DNA of 64,000 nt from Escherichia coli 042 (GTDB lineage Bacteria; Pseudomonadota; Gammaproteobacteria; Enterobacterales; Enterobacteriaceae). A program made the position numbers and the translations under genes. The DNA is taken from NCBI RefSeq assembly GCF_000027125.1, contig NC_017626.1. One strand, 5' to 3'. The first letter of the stretch is position 1. Each line of letters starts with the position of its first letter. The notes beneath the pieces are model-generated. The model saw only the letters and a program-made list of their open reading frames with translations, did not search any database and was not told the origin of the DNA. Below are positions 46,756-64,000 of this stretch, one piece after another.

Positions 46756-47841
46756 TTACTGCACGCGCGCCAGCGCCACGGCTTGTCCTAACTGCCAGAC
46801 CGCCATTGCGTAATGGGTACTGTGGTTGTAACGGGTGATGGTGTAGAAGTTCGGCAGACCGTACCAGTACTGGTAACCGGTACCGACATCCAGACGCAGC
46901 AGGCTGGCTTGTTGATGGTTGCCCAGCGGCTGCTGTGGCGTTAAACCTGCCGCGGCAAGCTGCGAAATGCTGTACCTGGTTTTGAAGCCATTTGGCAAGC
47001 CTGGAGCCTGACCGTTTGCCATCACCGCAACCTGATCACCTTTCACCCAGCCGTGCGCTTTGAAATAGTTCGCCACGCTACCGATCGCATCAACCGGATC
47101 CCACAGGTTGATATGCCCGTCGCCGCTGAAATCTACCGCATATTGTTTGTAAGACGACGGCATAAACTGTCCGTAGCCCATCGCCCCGGCAAAGGAACCT
47201 TTCAGATTGAGCGGATCGTCCTGCTCATCGCGCGCCATCAGCAGGAAAGTTTCCAGCTCGCCAGAGAAATACTCCGCGCGGCGTGGGTAGTTAAATGACA
47301 GCGTTGCCAGCGCATCGAGGATACGGGTTTTCCCCATCACGCGCCCCCAGCGGGTTTCAACGCCGATAATCCCGACGATAATTTCCGGCGGTACACCATA
47401 CACCTGCCACGCGCGATTCAACGCATCTTCATACTGATTCCAGAAAACCACACCGTTCTGCACGTTGTCCGGCGTAATAAATTTTTTGCGATAACGCAGC
47501 CATGCGCCGTTCGGACCTGATGGCGGTTTCACCGATGTGGTTGGTGCCTGGTTATCCATCAGCCGCAGTACCGAATCCAGACGTTTCGCCTGGGAGAGAA
47601 TTTCCTGCAACTGCTGACGATCGAAACCGTGTTTGTTCACCATTTTGTCGATGAACTGCTGGGCATTCGGGTTATTAGCGAAATCGCCGCCCATCTGCAT
47701 CACATTGTGCTGCGGCTCAAGCAGGAAGCCGCCAGACGGCGTTCCGGTGGTCGTTTCAGTCTCAGTAGGTTTTGGCTTGCTGCTACAGGCGGCAAGCAAC
47801 ACAAAAAGGGGAAGCAATGTTACATAACGACGCTTGAACAT
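46756..47841 (-). CDS. mltB: Membrane-bound lytic murein transglycosylase B (lipoprotein)
   Basis: MFKRRYVTLLPLFVLLAACSSK... lipobox; 361 aa. ORF-track start 47946 is an extension. Confidence 0.92.
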   Translation of the reverse strand: MFKRRYVTLLPLFVLLAACSSKPKPTETETTTGTPSGGFLLEPQHNVMQMGGDFANNPNAQQFIDKMVNKHGFDRQQLQEILSQAKRLDSVLRLMDNQAPTTSVKPPSGPNGAWLRYRKKFITPDNVQNGVVFWNQYEDALNRAWQVYGVPPEIIVGIIGVETRWGRVMGKTRILDALATLSFNYPRRAEYFSGELETFLLMARDEQDDPLNLKGSFAGAMGYGQFMPSSYKQYAVDFSGDGHINLWDPVDAIGSVANYFKAHGWVKGDQVAVMANGQAPGLPNGFKTRYSISQLAAAGLTPQQPLGNHQQASLLRLDVGTGYQYWYGLPNFYTITRYNHSTHYAMAVWQLGQAVALARVQ

Positions 47842-48005
47842 GAGGGGTCCATTTAACAGATTCAACCAGGGGCAAGTATGGTAAAGCATCACGCCCCGCA
47901 CAAGGAAGCGGTAGTCACTGCCCGATACGGACTTTACATAACTCAACTCATTCTCCTCGCTATCCTTTTATTGAAACTTTCAAGTTAAAATATTTATCTT
48001 TCATT

Positions 48006-48021
48006 TTGCGATCAAAATAAC
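48006..48021. promoter_or_regulatory. Candidate cAMP-CRP site upstream of srlA: TGCGA-tcaaaa-TAACA
   Basis: Two half-sites, each one mismatch from TGTGA/TCACA, with 6-bp spacing, ~80 bp upstream of srlA. Confidence 0.4.
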
Positions 48022-48078
48022 ACTTTTAAATCTTTCAATCTGATTAGATTAGGTTGCCGTTTGGTAATAAAACAATAA

Positions 48079-49616
<1,538 letters not shown>

Positions 49617-49626
49617 AGGCTGAAAC

Positions 49627-50781
<1,155 letters not shown>

Positions 50782-50788
50782 TTAACAG

Positions 50789-50850
50789 CGGAGATCCGTT
50801 AAGGATCTCCGCGAGACTAATAAAATGCCTGATGCGCTACGCTCATCAGG
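50789..50850 (+). repeat. Two stem-loops between srlD and gutM (cggagatcc-gttaa-ggatctccg and gcctgatg...catcaggc, REP-like)
   Basis: Two perfect 8-9 bp inverted repeats, neither followed by a T-tract. Confidence 0.5.
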
Positions 50851-50886
50851 CATACAGGACTTCCGCCACTACATTAAGGAAAAGTT

Positions 50887-51246
50887 ATGGTATCCGCACT
50901 CATCACCGTCGCCGTTATCGCCTGGTGTGCGCAACTGGCCTTAGGCGGTTGGCAAATTTCTCGTTTTAACCGTGCCTTCGACACACTATGCCAGCAAGGG
51001 CGGGTTGGCGTGGGCCGTTCCAGCGGGCGCTTTAAACCGCGGGTCGTGGTCGCCATCGCCCTGGACGATCAGCAACGCATCGTCGACACCTTGTTTATGA
51101 AAGGACTGACCGTCTTCGCCCGACCACAAAAAATTCCCGCAATTACCGGTATGTATGCGGGTGATTTACAGCCCGATGTGATCTTTCCCCATGATCCACT
51201 ATCACAGAATGCTCTATCATTGGCGCTTAAACTGAAACGTGGATAA
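50887..51246 (+). CDS. gutM: Glucitol operon activator GutM
   Basis: 119 aa; synteny. Confidence 0.9.
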   Translation: MVSALITVAVIAWCAQLALGGWQISRFNRAFDTLCQQGRVGVGRSSGRFKPRVVVAIALDDQQRIVDTLFMKGLTVFARPQKIPAITGMYAGDLQPDVIFPHDPLSQNALSLALKLKRG

Positions 51247-51312
51247 TTTCGTTGTGAATGTTACTTGCTTGCGAAGTTATCATTTTGAAACCTAAATCAG
51301 GTAATCACGCCC

Positions 51313-52086
51313 ATGAAACCTCGTCAGCGTCAGGCCGCCATTCTGGAGTATCTGCAAAAGCAGGGTAAATGCTCGGTTGAAGAATTGGCGCAATACTTTG
51401 ACACCACAGGCACAACCATTCGCAAAGATCTGGTCATTCTGGAACATGCCGGAACCGTCATTCGTACTTATGGCGGAGTGGTGTTGAATAAAGAGGAATC
51501 CGATCCGCCTATCGATCATAAAACACTCATCAACACCCACAAGAAAGAGCTGATTGCAGAAGCTGCCGTTAGTTTTATCCATGATGGCGATTCGATCATT
51601 CTTGATGCTGGCAGTACCGTTTTGCAGATGGTTCCCCTGCTCTCGCGCTTTAATAACATCACAGTGATGACCAACAGCCTGCATATCGTCAATGCGCTAT
51701 CCGAACTGGATAACGAACAAACTATCCTGATGCCAGGCGGAACATTTCGTAAAAAATCGGCCTCATTTCACGGGCAACTGGCAGAGAATGCCTTCGAGCA
51801 TTTCACCTTCGATAAATTGTTTATGGGCACCGACGGCATCGATCTCAATGCGGGCGTAACCACGTTCAACGAGGTTTATACCGTCAGTAAGGCAATGTGC
51901 AATGCCGCGCGCGAAGTGATTTTGATGGCGGACTCATCAAAGTTTGGTCGTAAAAGCCCCAACGTAGTTTGCAGTCTTGAAAGCGTCGATAAGCTAATTA
52001 CCGACGCAGGTATCGATCCAGCGTTTCGTCAGGCGCTGGAAAAGAAAGGGATCGATGTGATCATAACCGGAGAGAGCAATGAGTGA
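51313..52086 (+). CDS. srlR: DeoR-family glucitol operon repressor
   Basis: 257 aa; DeoR HTH. Confidence 0.93.
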   Translation: MKPRQRQAAILEYLQKQGKCSVEELAQYFDTTGTTIRKDLVILEHAGTVIRTYGGVVLNKEESDPPIDHKTLINTHKKELIAEAAVSFIHDGDSIILDAGSTVLQMVPLLSRFNNITVMTNSLHIVNALSELDNEQTILMPGGTFRKKSASFHGQLAENAFEHFTFDKLFMGTDGIDLNAGVTTFNEVYTVSKAMCNAAREVILMADSSKFGRKSPNVVCSLESVDKLITDAGIDPAFRQALEKKGIDVIITGESNE

Positions 52087-53044
52087 AGCACTACTGAACG
52101 CGGGACGTCAGACGTTAATGCTGGAGTTGCAGGAAGCAAGCCGTTTACCGGAACGTCTGGGCGATGATTTTGTTCGCGCCGCCAATATCATCCTGCACTG
52201 CGAAGGCAAAGTGGTGGTTTCGGGAATTGGCAAATCGGGCCACATTGGTAAGAAAATCGCCGCAACGCTTGCCAGCACCGGCACTCCTGCCTTTTTTGTC
52301 CATCCGGCAGAAGCACTGCACGGCGATCTGGGGATGATTGAAAGCCGCGATGTGATGCTGTTTATCTCTTACTCCGGTGGCGCGAAGGAACTGGATCTGA
52401 TTATTCCGCGTCTGGAAGATAAATCTATCGCGCTGCTGGCGATGACCGGCAAACCGACGTCACCGCTGGGCCTGGCGGCGAAAGCGGTGCTGGATATCTC
52501 CGTAGAACGCGAAGCCTGTCCGATGCACCTTGCGCCGACCTCCAGCACCGTCAATACCCTGATGATGGGTGACGCGCTGGCGATGGCGGTCATGCAGGCG
52601 CGCGGATTTAATGAAGAAGATTTTGCCCGCTCCCACCCCGCCGGGGCACTGGGCGCTCGCTTGCTGAATAAAGTGCATCATCTGATGCGCCGTGATGACG
52701 CTATCCCGCAGGTAGCGTTAACCGCCAGCGTGATGGATGCGATGCTGGAACTCAGCCGCACCGGTCTGGGGCTGGTGGCGGTATGTGACGCTCAACAACA
52801 GGTACAAGGCGTCTTTACCGACGGCGATTTACGTCGCTGGCTGGTTGGCGGAGGCGCACTCACCACGCCAGTTAATGAAGCGATGACGACAGGCGGCACC
52901 ACATTACAGGCGCAAAGCCGTGCCATCGACGCCAAAGAGATCCTGATGAAGCGCAAAATCACTGCCGCACCGGTGGTAGATGAAAACGGCAAACTCACCG
53001 GCGCAATTAACTTGCAGGATTTCTATCAGGCCGGGATTATTTAA
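52079..53044 (+). CDS. gutQ: D-arabinose-5-phosphate isomerase (SIS + tandem CBS)
   Basis: 321 aa; synteny. Confidence 0.93.
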   Translation: MSEALLNAGRQTLMLELQEASRLPERLGDDFVRAANIILHCEGKVVVSGIGKSGHIGKKIAATLASTGTPAFFVHPAEALHGDLGMIESRDVMLFISYSGGAKELDLIIPRLEDKSIALLAMTGKPTSPLGLAAKAVLDISVEREACPMHLAPTSSTVNTLMMGDALAMAVMQARGFNEEDFARSHPAGALGARLLNKVHHLMRRDDAIPQVALTASVMDAMLELSRTGLGLVAVCDAQQQVQGVFTDGDLRRWLVGGGALTTPVNEAMTTGGTTLQAQSRAIDAKEILMKRKITAAPVVDENGKLTGAINLQDFYQAGII

Positions 53045-54555
53045 TCCTTCAATCCCAGACGTTTCGCCAGCCGATGCAGGTTGGCGACGTCAGTTTCCAG
53101 CATCCGCGCGCAGGCAGCCCAGTTGTGATGATTTTGTGCCAGTGCCTGGCGAATGGTTTCACGCTGGAACGCTTCTGTCGCTTCACGCAGATTTTGCTTA
53201 ACAACGGGCACCGCCGCCGCTTCTGGCGGCGGCAACGTCACCTCAGGAAAAGCAAAATGTTGCGCCTCAAGAATCACTTCATCGCCGCTGCGAGTGGCTC
53301 TCGCCAGCACTACCGCCCGATGAATAGCATGTTCCAGTTCGCGCACGTTTCCCGGAAAACTGTAGTGTTGCAGTAAATTTCGCGCCCCGGCGCTTAATAC
53401 CACGCGGGAGAGCCCCAGCCGCAAACGACACTGCTCGCAGAAATACCCCGCCAGCAGAATGACATCATCGCCCCGCTCACGCAGCGGCGGCACCGAAAGT
53501 GGAAACACGCTCAGGCGATGAAACAAATCGGCGCGGAATCGCCCTGCCAGCACCTCTTCGCGTAAGTCGCGGTTAGTCGCCGCCAGCACGCGCACATCGA
53601 CCCGCAAACTGCGGTCATCGCCAACACGCTGAATATCGCCATACTGCAACACTCGCAGCAGCTTGGCCTGCAATGCCAACGACAACTCGCCGATCTCATC
53701 CAGAAACAGCGTGCCGTTATCCGCCATTTCAAACTTCCCGCTGCGGTTACTGATAGCGCCAGTAAACGCCCCTTTCACATGCCCGAACAGTTCACTTTCC
53801 GCCACACTTTCCGGCAGTGCGGCACAGTTGAGATAGACTAGCGGATTCACCGCCCTTGGCGAGGCTTCATGAATCGCTTTCGCCACCAGCTCCTTACCGG
53901 TTCCCGTCTCACCGCTGATTAAGACGTTGAGATCGGACGCCGCCACAATCTCAATCTCTTTTTTTAATTGCGTCATACCTGGCGACAGACCGATCATCTG
54001 CGTCTGTTTCACCGCTTCAAACGGCGCGGTATCGCCTGGCAGCATATTCTGGCTTTCCAGTTGTTCAATCAGCAACGCATTGCTTAACGCTCCCGCCGCC
54101 AGCGCAGCAATCAGCCGTAACTCTTCGTCGCTGAAAACATCGAACTGATCGGGCTGCATCCCGTCGAGCGTCAATGCGCCGATCAGGTTTTGCCCGGCAA
54201 ACAACGGCAGACCAACACAGGCGTGAACCTTCAGACTCTCCTGCCCGGGAATCAAACCGTCATAGGGATCGGGCAATTCGCTGTCTGCGGGAAAGCGCAC
54301 CACATCACCCGCGCGGGCAATCGCTTCCAGCCGTGGATGCCCTTCCAGCGCAAAGCGTCTACCGAGTACATCCTTCGCCAGCCCGTCGATGGCAAGCGGA
54401 ATAAACTGCCGCGAGTCGTAACGTAGCAACGCAGACGCATCGCACTCCAGCACCTGACGCAGCGTGGTGATCAGGCGCTGAAAACGATCCTGATGACCAA
54501 TCCCACGCTGCAATTCGATGGCGATATTCGCCAGCACATCAACGGAAAAACTCAT
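53041..54555 (-). CDS. norR: Sigma-54-dependent NO-responsive activator NorR (GAF-AAA+-HTH)
   Basis: [25 protein letters not shown]...; GAFTGA motif; 504 aa. ORF-track start 54630 is an extension. Confidence 0.93.
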   Translation of the reverse strand: MSFSVDVLANIAIELQRGIGHQDRFQRLITTLRQVLECDASALLRYDSRQFIPLAIDGLAKDVLGRRFALEGHPRLEAIARAGDVVRFPADSELPDPYDGLIPGQESLKVHACVGLPLFAGQNLIGALTLDGMQPDQFDVFSDEELRLIAALAAGALSNALLIEQLESQNMLPGDTAPFEAVKQTQMIGLSPGMTQLKKEIEIVAASDLNVLISGETGTGKELVAKAIHEASPRAVNPLVYLNCAALPESVAESELFGHVKGAFTGAISNRSGKFEMADNGTLFLDEIGELSLALQAKLLRVLQYGDIQRVGDDRSLRVDVRVLAATNRDLREEVLAGRFRADLFHRLSVFPLSVPPLRERGDDVILLAGYFCEQCRLRLGLSRVVLSAGARNLLQHYSFPGNVRELEHAIHRAVVLARATRSGDEVILEAQHFAFPEVTLPPPEAAAVPVVKQNLREATEAFQRETIRQALAQNHHNWAACARMLETDVANLHRLAKRLGLKD

Positions 54556-54566
54556 CTTTGCCTCAC

Positions 54567-54623
54567 TGTCAATTTGACTATAGATATTGTCATATCGACT
54601 ATTTGATTGATAGTCATTTTGAC
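54567..54623. promoter_or_regulatory. Three NorR enhancer sites (GT-N7-AC): GTCAATTTGAC, GTCATATCGAC, GTCATTTTGAC
   Basis: Three spaced copies at 54567-54577, 54589-54599 and 54613-54623 in the norR-norV intergenic region. Confidence 0.85.
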
Positions 54624-54678
54624 TACTCATTAATGAGCATAATTTTATTTATAGAGTAAAAACAATTAGATAAAAAAC

Positions 54679-54694
54679 TGGCACGCAATCTGCA
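54679..54694 (+). promoter_or_regulatory. Sigma-54 promoter of norVW (TGGCAC-N6-TGCA; GG and GC elements 12 nt apart)
   Basis: tggcacgcaatctgca, ~50 bp upstream of norV. Confidence 0.8.
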
Positions 54695-54741
54695 ATTAGC
54701 AAGACATCTTTTTAGAACACGCTGAATAAATTGAGGTTGCT

Positions 54742-56181
54742 ATGTCTATTGTGGTGAAAAATAACATTCATTGGGTTGGTCAACGTGACTGGGAAGTGCG
54801 TGATTTTCACGGTACAGAATATAAAACGCTGCGCGGCAGCAGCTACAACAGCTACCTCATCCGCGAAGAAAAAAACGTGCTGATCGACACCGTCGACCAT
54901 AAATTCAGCCGCGAATTTGTGCAGAACCTGCGTAATGAAATCGATCTGGCGGATATCGATTACATCGTGATTAACCATGCAGAAGAGGACCACGCCGGGG
55001 CGCTGACCGAACTGATGGCGCAAATTCCCGATACGCCGATTTACTGTACTGCCAACGCTATCGACTCGATAAATGGTCATCACCATCATCCGGAGTGGAA
55101 TTTTAATGTGGTGAAAACTGGCGACATGCTGGATATCGGCAACGGCAAACAGCTCATTTTTGTCGAAACGCCAATGCTGCACTGGCCGGACAGCATGATG
55201 ACTTACCTGACAGGCGACGCGGTGCTGTTCAGTAACGATGCTTTCGGTCAGCACTACTGCGATGAGCATCTGTTCAATGATGAAGTGGATCAGACGGAGC
55301 TTTTCGAGCAGTGCCAGCGTTACTACGCCAATATCCTGACGCCGTTCAGCCGCCTGGTAACGCCGAAAATTACCGAGATCCTCGGCTTTAACTTACCAGT
55401 CGATATGATAGCGACCTCTCACGGCGTGGTATGGCGCGATAACCCGACGCAAATTGTCGAGCTGTACCTGAAATGGGCGGCGGATTATCAGGAAGACAGA
55501 ATCACCATTTTCTACGACACCATGTCGAATAATACCCGCATGATGGCCGATGCTATCGCCCAGGGGATTGCGGAAACCGACCCGCGCGTAGCGGTGAAAA
55601 TTTTCAACGTCGCCCGAAGCGATAAAAACGAAATCCTGACCAATGTCTTCCGCTCAAAAGGCGTGCTGGTTGGCACTTCGACGATGAATAACGTGATGAT
55701 GCCGAAAATCGCCGGGCTGGTGGAGGAGATGACCGGATTACGCTTCCGTAACAAACGCGCCAGTGCTTTCGGCTCTCACGGCTGGAGCGGCGGTGCGGTG
55801 GATCGTCTTTCCACACGCCTGCAGGATGCAGGTTTCGAAATGTCGCTTAGCCTGAAAGCCAAATGGCGACCGGACCAGGACGCGCTGGAGTTATGCCGTG
55901 AACACGGTCGCGAAATCGCCCGTCAGTGGGCGCTCGCGCCGCTGCCGCAGAGCACGGTGAATTCGGTGGTTAAAGAAGAAACCTCTGCCACCACGACGGC
56001 TGACCTCGGCCCACGGATGCAGTGCAGCGTCTGCCAGTGGATTTACGATCCGGCAAAAGGCGAGCCAATGCAGGACGTTGCGCCAGGAACGCCGTGGAGT
56101 GAAGTCCCGGATAACTTCCTGTGCCCGGAATGCTCCCTTGGCAAAGACGTCTTTGACGAACTGGCATCGGAGGCAAAATGA
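54742..56181 (+). CDS. norV: Anaerobic nitric oxide reductase flavorubredoxin
   Basis: 479 aa; C-terminal rubredoxin CxxC...CxxC. Confidence 0.95.
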   Translation: MSIVVKNNIHWVGQRDWEVRDFHGTEYKTLRGSSYNSYLIREEKNVLIDTVDHKFSREFVQNLRNEIDLADIDYIVINHAEEDHAGALTELMAQIPDTPIYCTANAIDSINGHHHHPEWNFNVVKTGDMLDIGNGKQLIFVETPMLHWPDSMMTYLTGDAVLFSNDAFGQHYCDEHLFNDEVDQTELFEQCQRYYANILTPFSRLVTPKITEILGFNLPVDMIATSHGVVWRDNPTQIVELYLKWAADYQEDRITIFYDTMSNNTRMMADAIAQGIAETDPRVAVKIFNVARSDKNEILTNVFRSKGVLVGTSTMNNVMMPKIAGLVEEMTGLRFRNKRASAFGSHGWSGGAVDRLSTRLQDAGFEMSLSLKAKWRPDQDALELCREHGREIARQWALAPLPQSTVNSVVKEETSATTTADLGPRMQCSVCQWIYDPAKGEPMQDVAPGTPWSEVPDNFLCPECSLGKDVFDELASEAK

Positions 56182-57311
56182 GCAAAGGCATTGTGATCAT
56201 TGGTTCGGGCTTCGCCGCCCGCCAACTGGTGAAAAATATTCGCAAACAGGACGCCAGTATTGCATTAACCCTGATTGCCGCCGACAGCATGGATGAGTAC
56301 AACAAACCGGATCTCAGCCATGTTATCAGCCAGGGGCAACGTGCCGATGACCTTACCCGCCAGACGGCGGGTGAATTTGCCGGGCAGTTTAATCTGCGCC
56401 TGTTTCCGCACACCTGGGTGACGGATATCGATGCCGAAGCCCATGTGGTGAAAAGCCAGAATAATCAGTGGCAATACGACAAGTTAGTGCTGGCAACTGG
56501 TGCCAGTGCCTTTGTCCCGCCAGTGCATGGGCGTGAGTTAATGCTGACATTAAATAGTCAGCAAGAGTATCGCGCCTGTGAAACGCAACTGCGGGATGCC
56601 CAACGCGTGTTGATTGTTGGCGGTGGCTTGATTGGGAGCGAACTGGCGATGGATTTTTGTCGGGCAGGCAAAGCGGTCACGCTGATCGACAACGCTGCCA
56701 GTATTCTGGCGTCGTTAATGCCACCGGAAGTAAGCAGCCGCTTGCAGCATCGGTTGACGGAGATGGGCGTTCATCTGCTGTTAAAATCTCAGTTGCAGGG
56801 GCTGGAAAAAACAGATTCTGGCATTCTGGCAACGCTGGACCGCCAGCGTTGCATCGAAGTGGATGCGGTAATTGCCGCCACCGGGCTGCGCCCGGAAACC
56901 GCCCTGGCACGACGCGCCGGGCTGACGATTAATCGCGGCGTTTGCGTCGATAGTTATCTGCAAACCAGTAATGCCGATATTTATGCGCTGGGCGATTGCG
57001 CGGAAATTAACGGTCAGGTATTGCCGTTCCTCCAGCCGATTCAACTTAGCGCGATGGTGCTGGCAAAAAATCTTCTCGGCAATAACACGCCGCTGAAACT
57101 CCCGGCGATGCTGGTGAAAATCAAAACGCCGGAATTACCGCTGCATCTGGCAGGCGAAACCCAGCGTCAGGATTTACGCTGGCAAATTAATACCGAACGC
57201 CAGGGAATGGTGGCGCGCGGTGTTGACGATGCTGACCAGCTTCGCGCCTTTGTGGTCAGTGAGGATCGGATGAAAGAGGCGTTTGGATTGTTGAAAACGT
57301 TGCCGGTGTAG
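56178..57311 (+). CDS. norW: NADH:flavorubredoxin reductase
   Basis: 377 aa; overlaps the norV stop. Confidence 0.95.
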   Translation: MSKGIVIIGSGFAARQLVKNIRKQDASIALTLIAADSMDEYNKPDLSHVISQGQRADDLTRQTAGEFAGQFNLRLFPHTWVTDIDAEAHVVKSQNNQWQYDKLVLATGASAFVPPVHGRELMLTLNSQQEYRACETQLRDAQRVLIVGGGLIGSELAMDFCRAGKAVTLIDNAASILASLMPPEVSSRLQHRLTEMGVHLLLKSQLQGLEKTDSGILATLDRQRCIEVDAVIAATGLRPETALARRAGLTINRGVCVDSYLQTSNADIYALGDCAEINGQVLPFLQPIQLSAMVLAKNLLGNNTPLKLPAMLVKIKTPELPLHLAGETQRQDLRWQINTERQGMVARGVDDADQLRAFVVSEDRMKEAFGLLKTLPV

Positions 57312-57334
57312 GTGGGCTACTGTGCCCAAAATGT

Positions 57335-57420
<86 letters not shown>

Positions 57421-57438
57421 GTCCAAATGCAACACGCT

Positions 57439-59691
57439 TTATCCGTTCTGGACTTCACCCGCTAACCAACGCGCCGCAGCAATAACCCCCTGCCCCAGAG
57501 ACAAGCCGCCATCACCCGCCGGTAAACTCTGCGGAAAGAGTAATGTGAAATCAGCGAGATAATGCGCCAGACGTGCACGCAGCAAACGGTTATGAATAAC
57601 TCCGCCGCTAAATACCAGTGTAGTGATACCGCGCATCGTGGCCTGCTCACGCATCAACGCGGCAAAACCCTGCGCCAGCGCATCATGAAATGCCCACGCG
57701 CGTTGATTAACCGGTGCCTGCCAGTTCAGCCACTGCTGCCAGAAAGTGGCGAGATCCAGTTGATTGTCCACCAGCGGTATCGTCACCGGATGCGTCACTC
57801 CGTCGCATGAGGCTGCGAGCGCCTCCAGAGCACAAGCCGCTTCACCTTCATAACTTAACGTGGCTGGCGCACAGCCCAGTGCCGCCGCCACAGCATCGAA
57901 CAAACGCCCACACGATGACGCCAGCGGCGCGTTAATTCCACGCTCAATGGCCCGCGCCAGCACGCTCCAGTTTTGCTGTTGCACACTTGCCGTTTCAGGG
58001 TAATTCTGCCACTCCGGCACAAAGCGCAGGCACTGCGCCAGCAGGTTACGCCACGGCTGCTTCGCCGCCAAATCGCCCCCAGCAAGCGCCACCGCTGGCA
58101 AGCCGCCCAGGTGCTGGCATTCGCGATAGTTCACCCGCAGGCACTCGCCGCCCCATAAAGCGCCGTTCTCCCCCATACCGATACCGTCGAGCGTCAACGC
58201 AATGACATCACCGCCATCCAGCGGCCAGTGATGTTCTGCCAGACACGCCGCTGCGTGGGCATGATGATGCAGCACCGTTTGTGTCGGCAGATTCATTTCG
58301 CGCGCCCACTGGCTGGAGACATAGCCCGGATGCGCGTCATGCACAACGTATTGCGGGGTGAAATCGTAGATGTTTTGCATCAGGCGTAACGCTTCGCGCC
58401 ACTGCATCTGGATGCCATCGTCACTTAAATCGCCCAGATGCTGACTCAACACCGCTTGTTCACCGCGCATCAGGCAGAAGGTATTTTTCAGATCTGCGCC
58501 GAGACACAGCACAGGCGGAACATTTTTAAATCCCGGAGGCAAAGCCAGCGCATCCGGCACATACCCCCGCGAACGGCGCAGCATTTCGCCGCTTTCGCGC
58601 ACCACTGAATCATCCATCCGCTGCACGATGTCGCGGTTATGTAGCAAGAATCCGTCGGCAATGCCCTGCAAATCCGCCAGCGCCTGTTCGTTGCTGATAG
58701 CCGGAGGTTTGCCGCTCAGGTTGCCGGAGGTCATCACCAGCGGACATTGCAGTTCCTGTAATAGCAAATGCTGAAGCGGATTCGCAGGCAACATCACCCC
58801 AACTTCGTTAAGGCCAGGGGCGATATTGTCACAAAGTTCAGGAACGTATTTTTTATCCACCAGCACAATCGGCGCGGCGGGCGTGGTAAGCAACTGACGG
58901 GCAGCGTCTGGTAAACCTTCTGCCACTGGCAACATAACTGCCAGCGGTTTCGCCGGGCGATGTTTGCGCGCCCGAAGTGTCGCCACCGCGTTACTGTTAC
59001 GCGCATCGCAGGCAAGATGAAATCCGCCAATCCCTTTGATGGCGACAATCTTGCCCGCTTTTAGCTGTGCGATAGCCGCCTGTAATGCCGCCTCTTGTTC
59101 CGCATGTTCACCATGACTTACCCATTCAAGATGCGGGCCACACTCCGGGCAGGCCACCGGCTGGGCGTGGAAGCGACGATCGAGCGGGTCGCGGTACTCT
59201 TTGTCACAAGCCGGACACAACGGAAACGCCGCCATCACGGTAAATGGGCGGTCGTAAGGCATGGCGCGAATAATGGTGAAACGCGGGCCGCAGTGAGTAC
59301 AGTTGATAAACGGATAACGATAACGCCGCTCGCCAGGGGTATTCATTTCAGCAAGACAGGCAGGGCAAGTAGCGGCATCGGGAACAATTTGCGTATTCAT
59401 GGTGCCGCCTGTGCTCTGGCGGATAGTGAACTCAGTGGGCAGTTGTGACCAGATAAACGGCTCACGCTCGACGCTATCAATACGCGCCAGCGGCGGGCAG
59501 TGCTGATGCAACTGCACAAGAAACGTTTCCGGATCTTCCAGCAGCCGGACTTCCACGCCATCGCCGTCATTACAGACATCGCCGTGAAGATTTAATTGCT
59601 GTGCCAGCTGCCAGACAAACGGACGAAAACCGACGCCCTGCACTTTGCCACGAATACGCAGCTGGACACCGCAAGATGTGTTTTTTGCCAT
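57439..59691 (-). CDS. hypF: [NiFe]-hydrogenase maturation carbamoyltransferase HypF
   Basis: [30 protein letters not shown]...; 750 aa. ORF-track start 59763 is an extension. Confidence 0.93.
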   Translation of the reverse strand: MAKNTSCGVQLRIRGKVQGVGFRPFVWQLAQQLNLHGDVCNDGDGVEVRLLEDPETFLVQLHQHCPPLARIDSVEREPFIWSQLPTEFTIRQSTGGTMNTQIVPDAATCPACLAEMNTPGERRYRYPFINCTHCGPRFTIIRAMPYDRPFTVMAAFPLCPACDKEYRDPLDRRFHAQPVACPECGPHLEWVSHGEHAEQEAALQAAIAQLKAGKIVAIKGIGGFHLACDARNSNAVATLRARKHRPAKPLAVMLPVAEGLPDAARQLLTTPAAPIVLVDKKYVPELCDNIAPGLNEVGVMLPANPLQHLLLQELQCPLVMTSGNLSGKPPAISNEQALADLQGIADGFLLHNRDIVQRMDDSVVRESGEMLRRSRGYVPDALALPPGFKNVPPVLCLGADLKNTFCLMRGEQAVLSQHLGDLSDDGIQMQWREALRLMQNIYDFTPQYVVHDAHPGYVSSQWAREMNLPTQTVLHHHAHAAACLAEHHWPLDGGDVIALTLDGIGMGENGALWGGECLRVNYRECQHLGGLPAVALAGGDLAAKQPWRNLLAQCLRFVPEWQNYPETASVQQQNWSVLARAIERGINAPLASSCGRLFDAVAAALGCAPATLSYEGEAACALEALAASCDGVTHPVTIPLVDNQLDLATFWQQWLNWQAPVNQRAWAFHDALAQGFAALMREQATMRGITTLVFSGGVIHNRLLRARLAHYLADFTLLFPQSLPAGDGGLSLGQGVIAAARWLAGEVQNG

Positions 59692-59843
59692 TGAGTTATT
59701 CCCGCCATCATGAATTGCGTAACCCGCCCAGCCGGACACGACAGCGTCGCATCCGGCAGTCACAGGTCGGCGATACCGCCCGCTCTGTATTCTACGAATA
59801 TTTCCGGGAATTCCTTTGATGCCAGAACAGTTCTGTAAGATTT

Positions 59844-60371
59844 TTAGAACATCAGCGCCGTACGGCGACGTTTTTCTGCGCTCAGTTGTTCAAGTTTATT
59901 ACGATCGACACAAATCAGCGCATGGGTCGGGCAAGCCGCCATACACGCCGGGCCGTCTTCACGATGGTTACAGAGGTCGCATTTATTGGCTTCGGCTTTG
60001 TCAGCCCGTACATTCAGCCCTGCACCGCTGTTGCGAATCACCGGACGTACCACTACTTCCATCGCGCCATACGGGCAAGCCACAACGCAGGTTTTGCAAC
60101 CAATGCAACGTTCCTGCATCACATGAACAAACCCTTTATCACGGCTGATAGCACCATTCGGGCAGACGTTAGCGCACGGTGCATCTTCACACTGACAGCA
60201 GACTGTTGCCGTAGAAATGTTCACACCTTTAATGACATGGATTCGCGGTAAAAAAGTTTCCGGGGTCAGCGATGCACAGTCCTGATTCTCCTGATGAGAA
60301 ACCACGCACGCCACTTCACAGGTACGGCAACCAATACATTTACTCGCGTCAGCAATGATGAAACGGTTCAT
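59844..60371 (-). CDS. hydN: 4Fe-4S ferredoxin-type electron transport protein HydN
   Basis: [22 protein letters not shown]...; multiple CxxCxxCxxxCP motifs; 175 aa. Confidence 0.92.
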   Translation of the reverse strand: MNRFIIADASKCIGCRTCEVACVVSHQENQDCASLTPETFLPRIHVIKGVNISTATVCCQCEDAPCANVCPNGAISRDKGFVHVMQERCIGCKTCVVACPYGAMEVVVRPVIRNSGAGLNVRADKAEANKCDLCNHREDGPACMAACPTHALICVDRNKLEQLSAEKRRRTALMF

Positions 60372-60519
60372 CAAATTCTCCAGCAATGACAGTTAATGCG
60401 CCGATACATTCACAAATCATGCCAGTTTTTAATTTACTGTTATTTAAGGAAATTAATTTCTGTAATGCAGGAAAAACGATGTCATCGACACTAGTGACGA
60501 TGACATGTGATGACAATGT

Positions 60520-61530
60520 TTATTGCGAAAGAGCAATGAGTGAGTCGCGGCGGATCAGTTTTCCGCTGAAGGTTTTCGGCGGTGAGAAATCCCCACCATC
60601 GAGCATAAAAATCAGCCGTCCAATAATTTCCTGAATCATCTCAGTTACCGGAATTTTTACGCTGGAGAGCGCCGGAACGGTGTAGGGGGCTATAGCGATA
60701 TCATCGAATCCGATAACTGACACCTGCTCTGGCACCGCTACGCCGCGCTCGTGTAACGCTTTCATCGCACCTATCGCCATATCGTCGTTACTGGCAACTA
60801 ACGCGCTAAATTTAGCCCCACGTTCGAGCAACGTTTCTACCCCTTCGGCCCCGCTGGAGGGCGTCCATTTACCGTTAGCGATAAGTTTTTCATTGAGCGC
60901 AATACTATGCTGCGCCAGCGCGTCTTTATACCCGGCAAGACGTTCAATGCTGGTGGGAGAATCCATCGAGCCGGTAAGGAAAGCAATCTCCTGATGTCCG
61001 GCGTTTATCAACTCTGCCACGGCGTTAAAGCTGGTCTGTTTATGATCGCACCAGACGCTATGGCTGCTGTTTTTGCGCAGGCGGCGATTAAGCACCATTA
61101 TCGGCTGACTGTGTGCGTCAATGATGTCATCAATCTCATCCACGCTTAAAAAACGCGGGTAAATCATAATGGCGTCGCAGCGCAAATCCAGCAGATACTG
61201 AATCGCCTGGCGCTCTTCTTCGGCGCTATGTTTACCATCTGCCAATAGCAACTGTCGCCCTTTCTCTTCCGCCATTCGCGCGGCATGAAACAGTAATTCA
61301 CTCAAATAAATGCCGTGGTAAAGCGTGTTGGTCACTACCAGCCCCAGCGTCTGGGTACTTTTCGCCGACAGATTGCGGGCCAGCAAATTTGGGCGATAAC
61401 CGCTCTCTTCTACCGCCTGAAACACGCGATCTTTAGTCTCCTGGCTGACGTAGCCATTACCTGAAAGCACGCGGGAAACGGTCGCTTTTGAAACCCCGGC
61501 GCGCTTCGCCACTTCCAGCATCGTCGTCAT
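60520..61530 (-). CDS. ascG: LacI/GalR-family repressor AscG
   Basis: MTTMLEVAKRAGVSKATVSRVLSG... HTH; start position approximate. Confidence 0.9.
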   Translation of the reverse strand: MTTMLEVAKRAGVSKATVSRVLSGNGYVSQETKDRVFQAVEESGYRPNLLARNLSAKSTQTLGLVVTNTLYHGIYLSELLFHAARMAEEKGRQLLLADGKHSAEEERQAIQYLLDLRCDAIMIYPRFLSVDEIDDIIDAHSQPIMVLNRRLRKNSSHSVWCDHKQTSFNAVAELINAGHQEIAFLTGSMDSPTSIERLAGYKDALAQHSIALNEKLIANGKWTPSSGAEGVETLLERGAKFSALVASNDDMAIGAMKALHERGVAVPEQVSVIGFDDIAIAPYTVPALSSVKIPVTEMIQEIIGRLIFMLDGGDFSPPKTFSGKLIRRDSLIALSQ

Positions 61531-61616
61531 CATTTTCATCCCTTTACACGCAATTAACGCAGTGTACTGCACCGTTTGCCGATTGTCCTTGCGCAATCGG
61601 CGGGAAAAATATTCAG

Positions 61617-61705
61617 GTGACCGGTTTCACAAATATAAAAAATGAACAATTAACTCTCTTGCTTATTTAGTGACAACTATTCATGATTTTATGAAACCGG
61701 TTTCT
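61617..61705. promoter_or_regulatory. Two candidate AscG operators: GTGACCGGTTTCAC (61617-61630) and TGAAACCGGTTTCT (61692-61705)
   Basis: Two palindromes sharing the core ACCGGTTTC in the ascG-ascF intergenic region; the second contains the perfect palindrome gaaaccggtttc. Confidence 0.65.
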
Positions 61706-61789
61706 TAATTCCGTTTCAGCATCGGCATTTTTCCGTCACGTCGACTGATAACAACTACATCTACCCTACTGATAACAGGATAAAATCCG

Positions 61790-64000
<2,211 letters not shown>

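Noticed and set aside
60372-60519. Sigma-54 promoter for hydN-hypF
   Set aside because: The operon is formate/FhlA-regulated by recollection, but the best candidate (TGGCAT-gattt-GTGAA on the minus strand) does not match the -24/-12 spacing well enough to report.

Overview
This window is an Escherichia coli-type chromosomal segment, recognised from the protein translations and the gene order: ileY – csiD-lhgO-gabDTP-csiR – kbp/yqaE/ygaVP/stpA/alaE/ygaC/ygaM – nrdHIEF – proVWX – ygaZH – mprA-emrAB – luxS/MicA/gshA – yqaAB – four tRNA-Arg plus serV – csrA – alaS – recX-recA – pncC – mltB – srlAEBD-gutM-srlR-gutQ – norR/norVW – hypF-hydN – ascGFB. Most of it is ordinary core genome. I found no CRISPR array, restriction-modification, toxin-antitoxin or phage structural genes, so I cannot point to a clear undescribed system. 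The accessory content, judged against the K-12 layout as I recall it (not checked against a database), is: (1) an AT-rich islet on the 3' side of tRNA-Ile(CAU), with a truncated autotransporter, a decayed serine-recombinase remnant, a ~480-codon hypothetical frame split by one in-frame TAA inside an A9 run, and two orphan plus-strand terminators; (2) an intact 750-aa GH13 (alpha-amylase family) protein upstream of csiD; (3) a divergent MocR-type regulator / AhpD-like (CxxCxxxH) gene pair between ygaM and nrdH; (4) an intact MFS transporter after proX; (5) a mosaic tRNA-Arg array whose long spacers carry a 19-nt copy of the tRNA 3' end and hairpins with compensatory changes. Gene starts were trimmed from the ORF track where it over-extends N-termini. 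No numbers here come from a database search.
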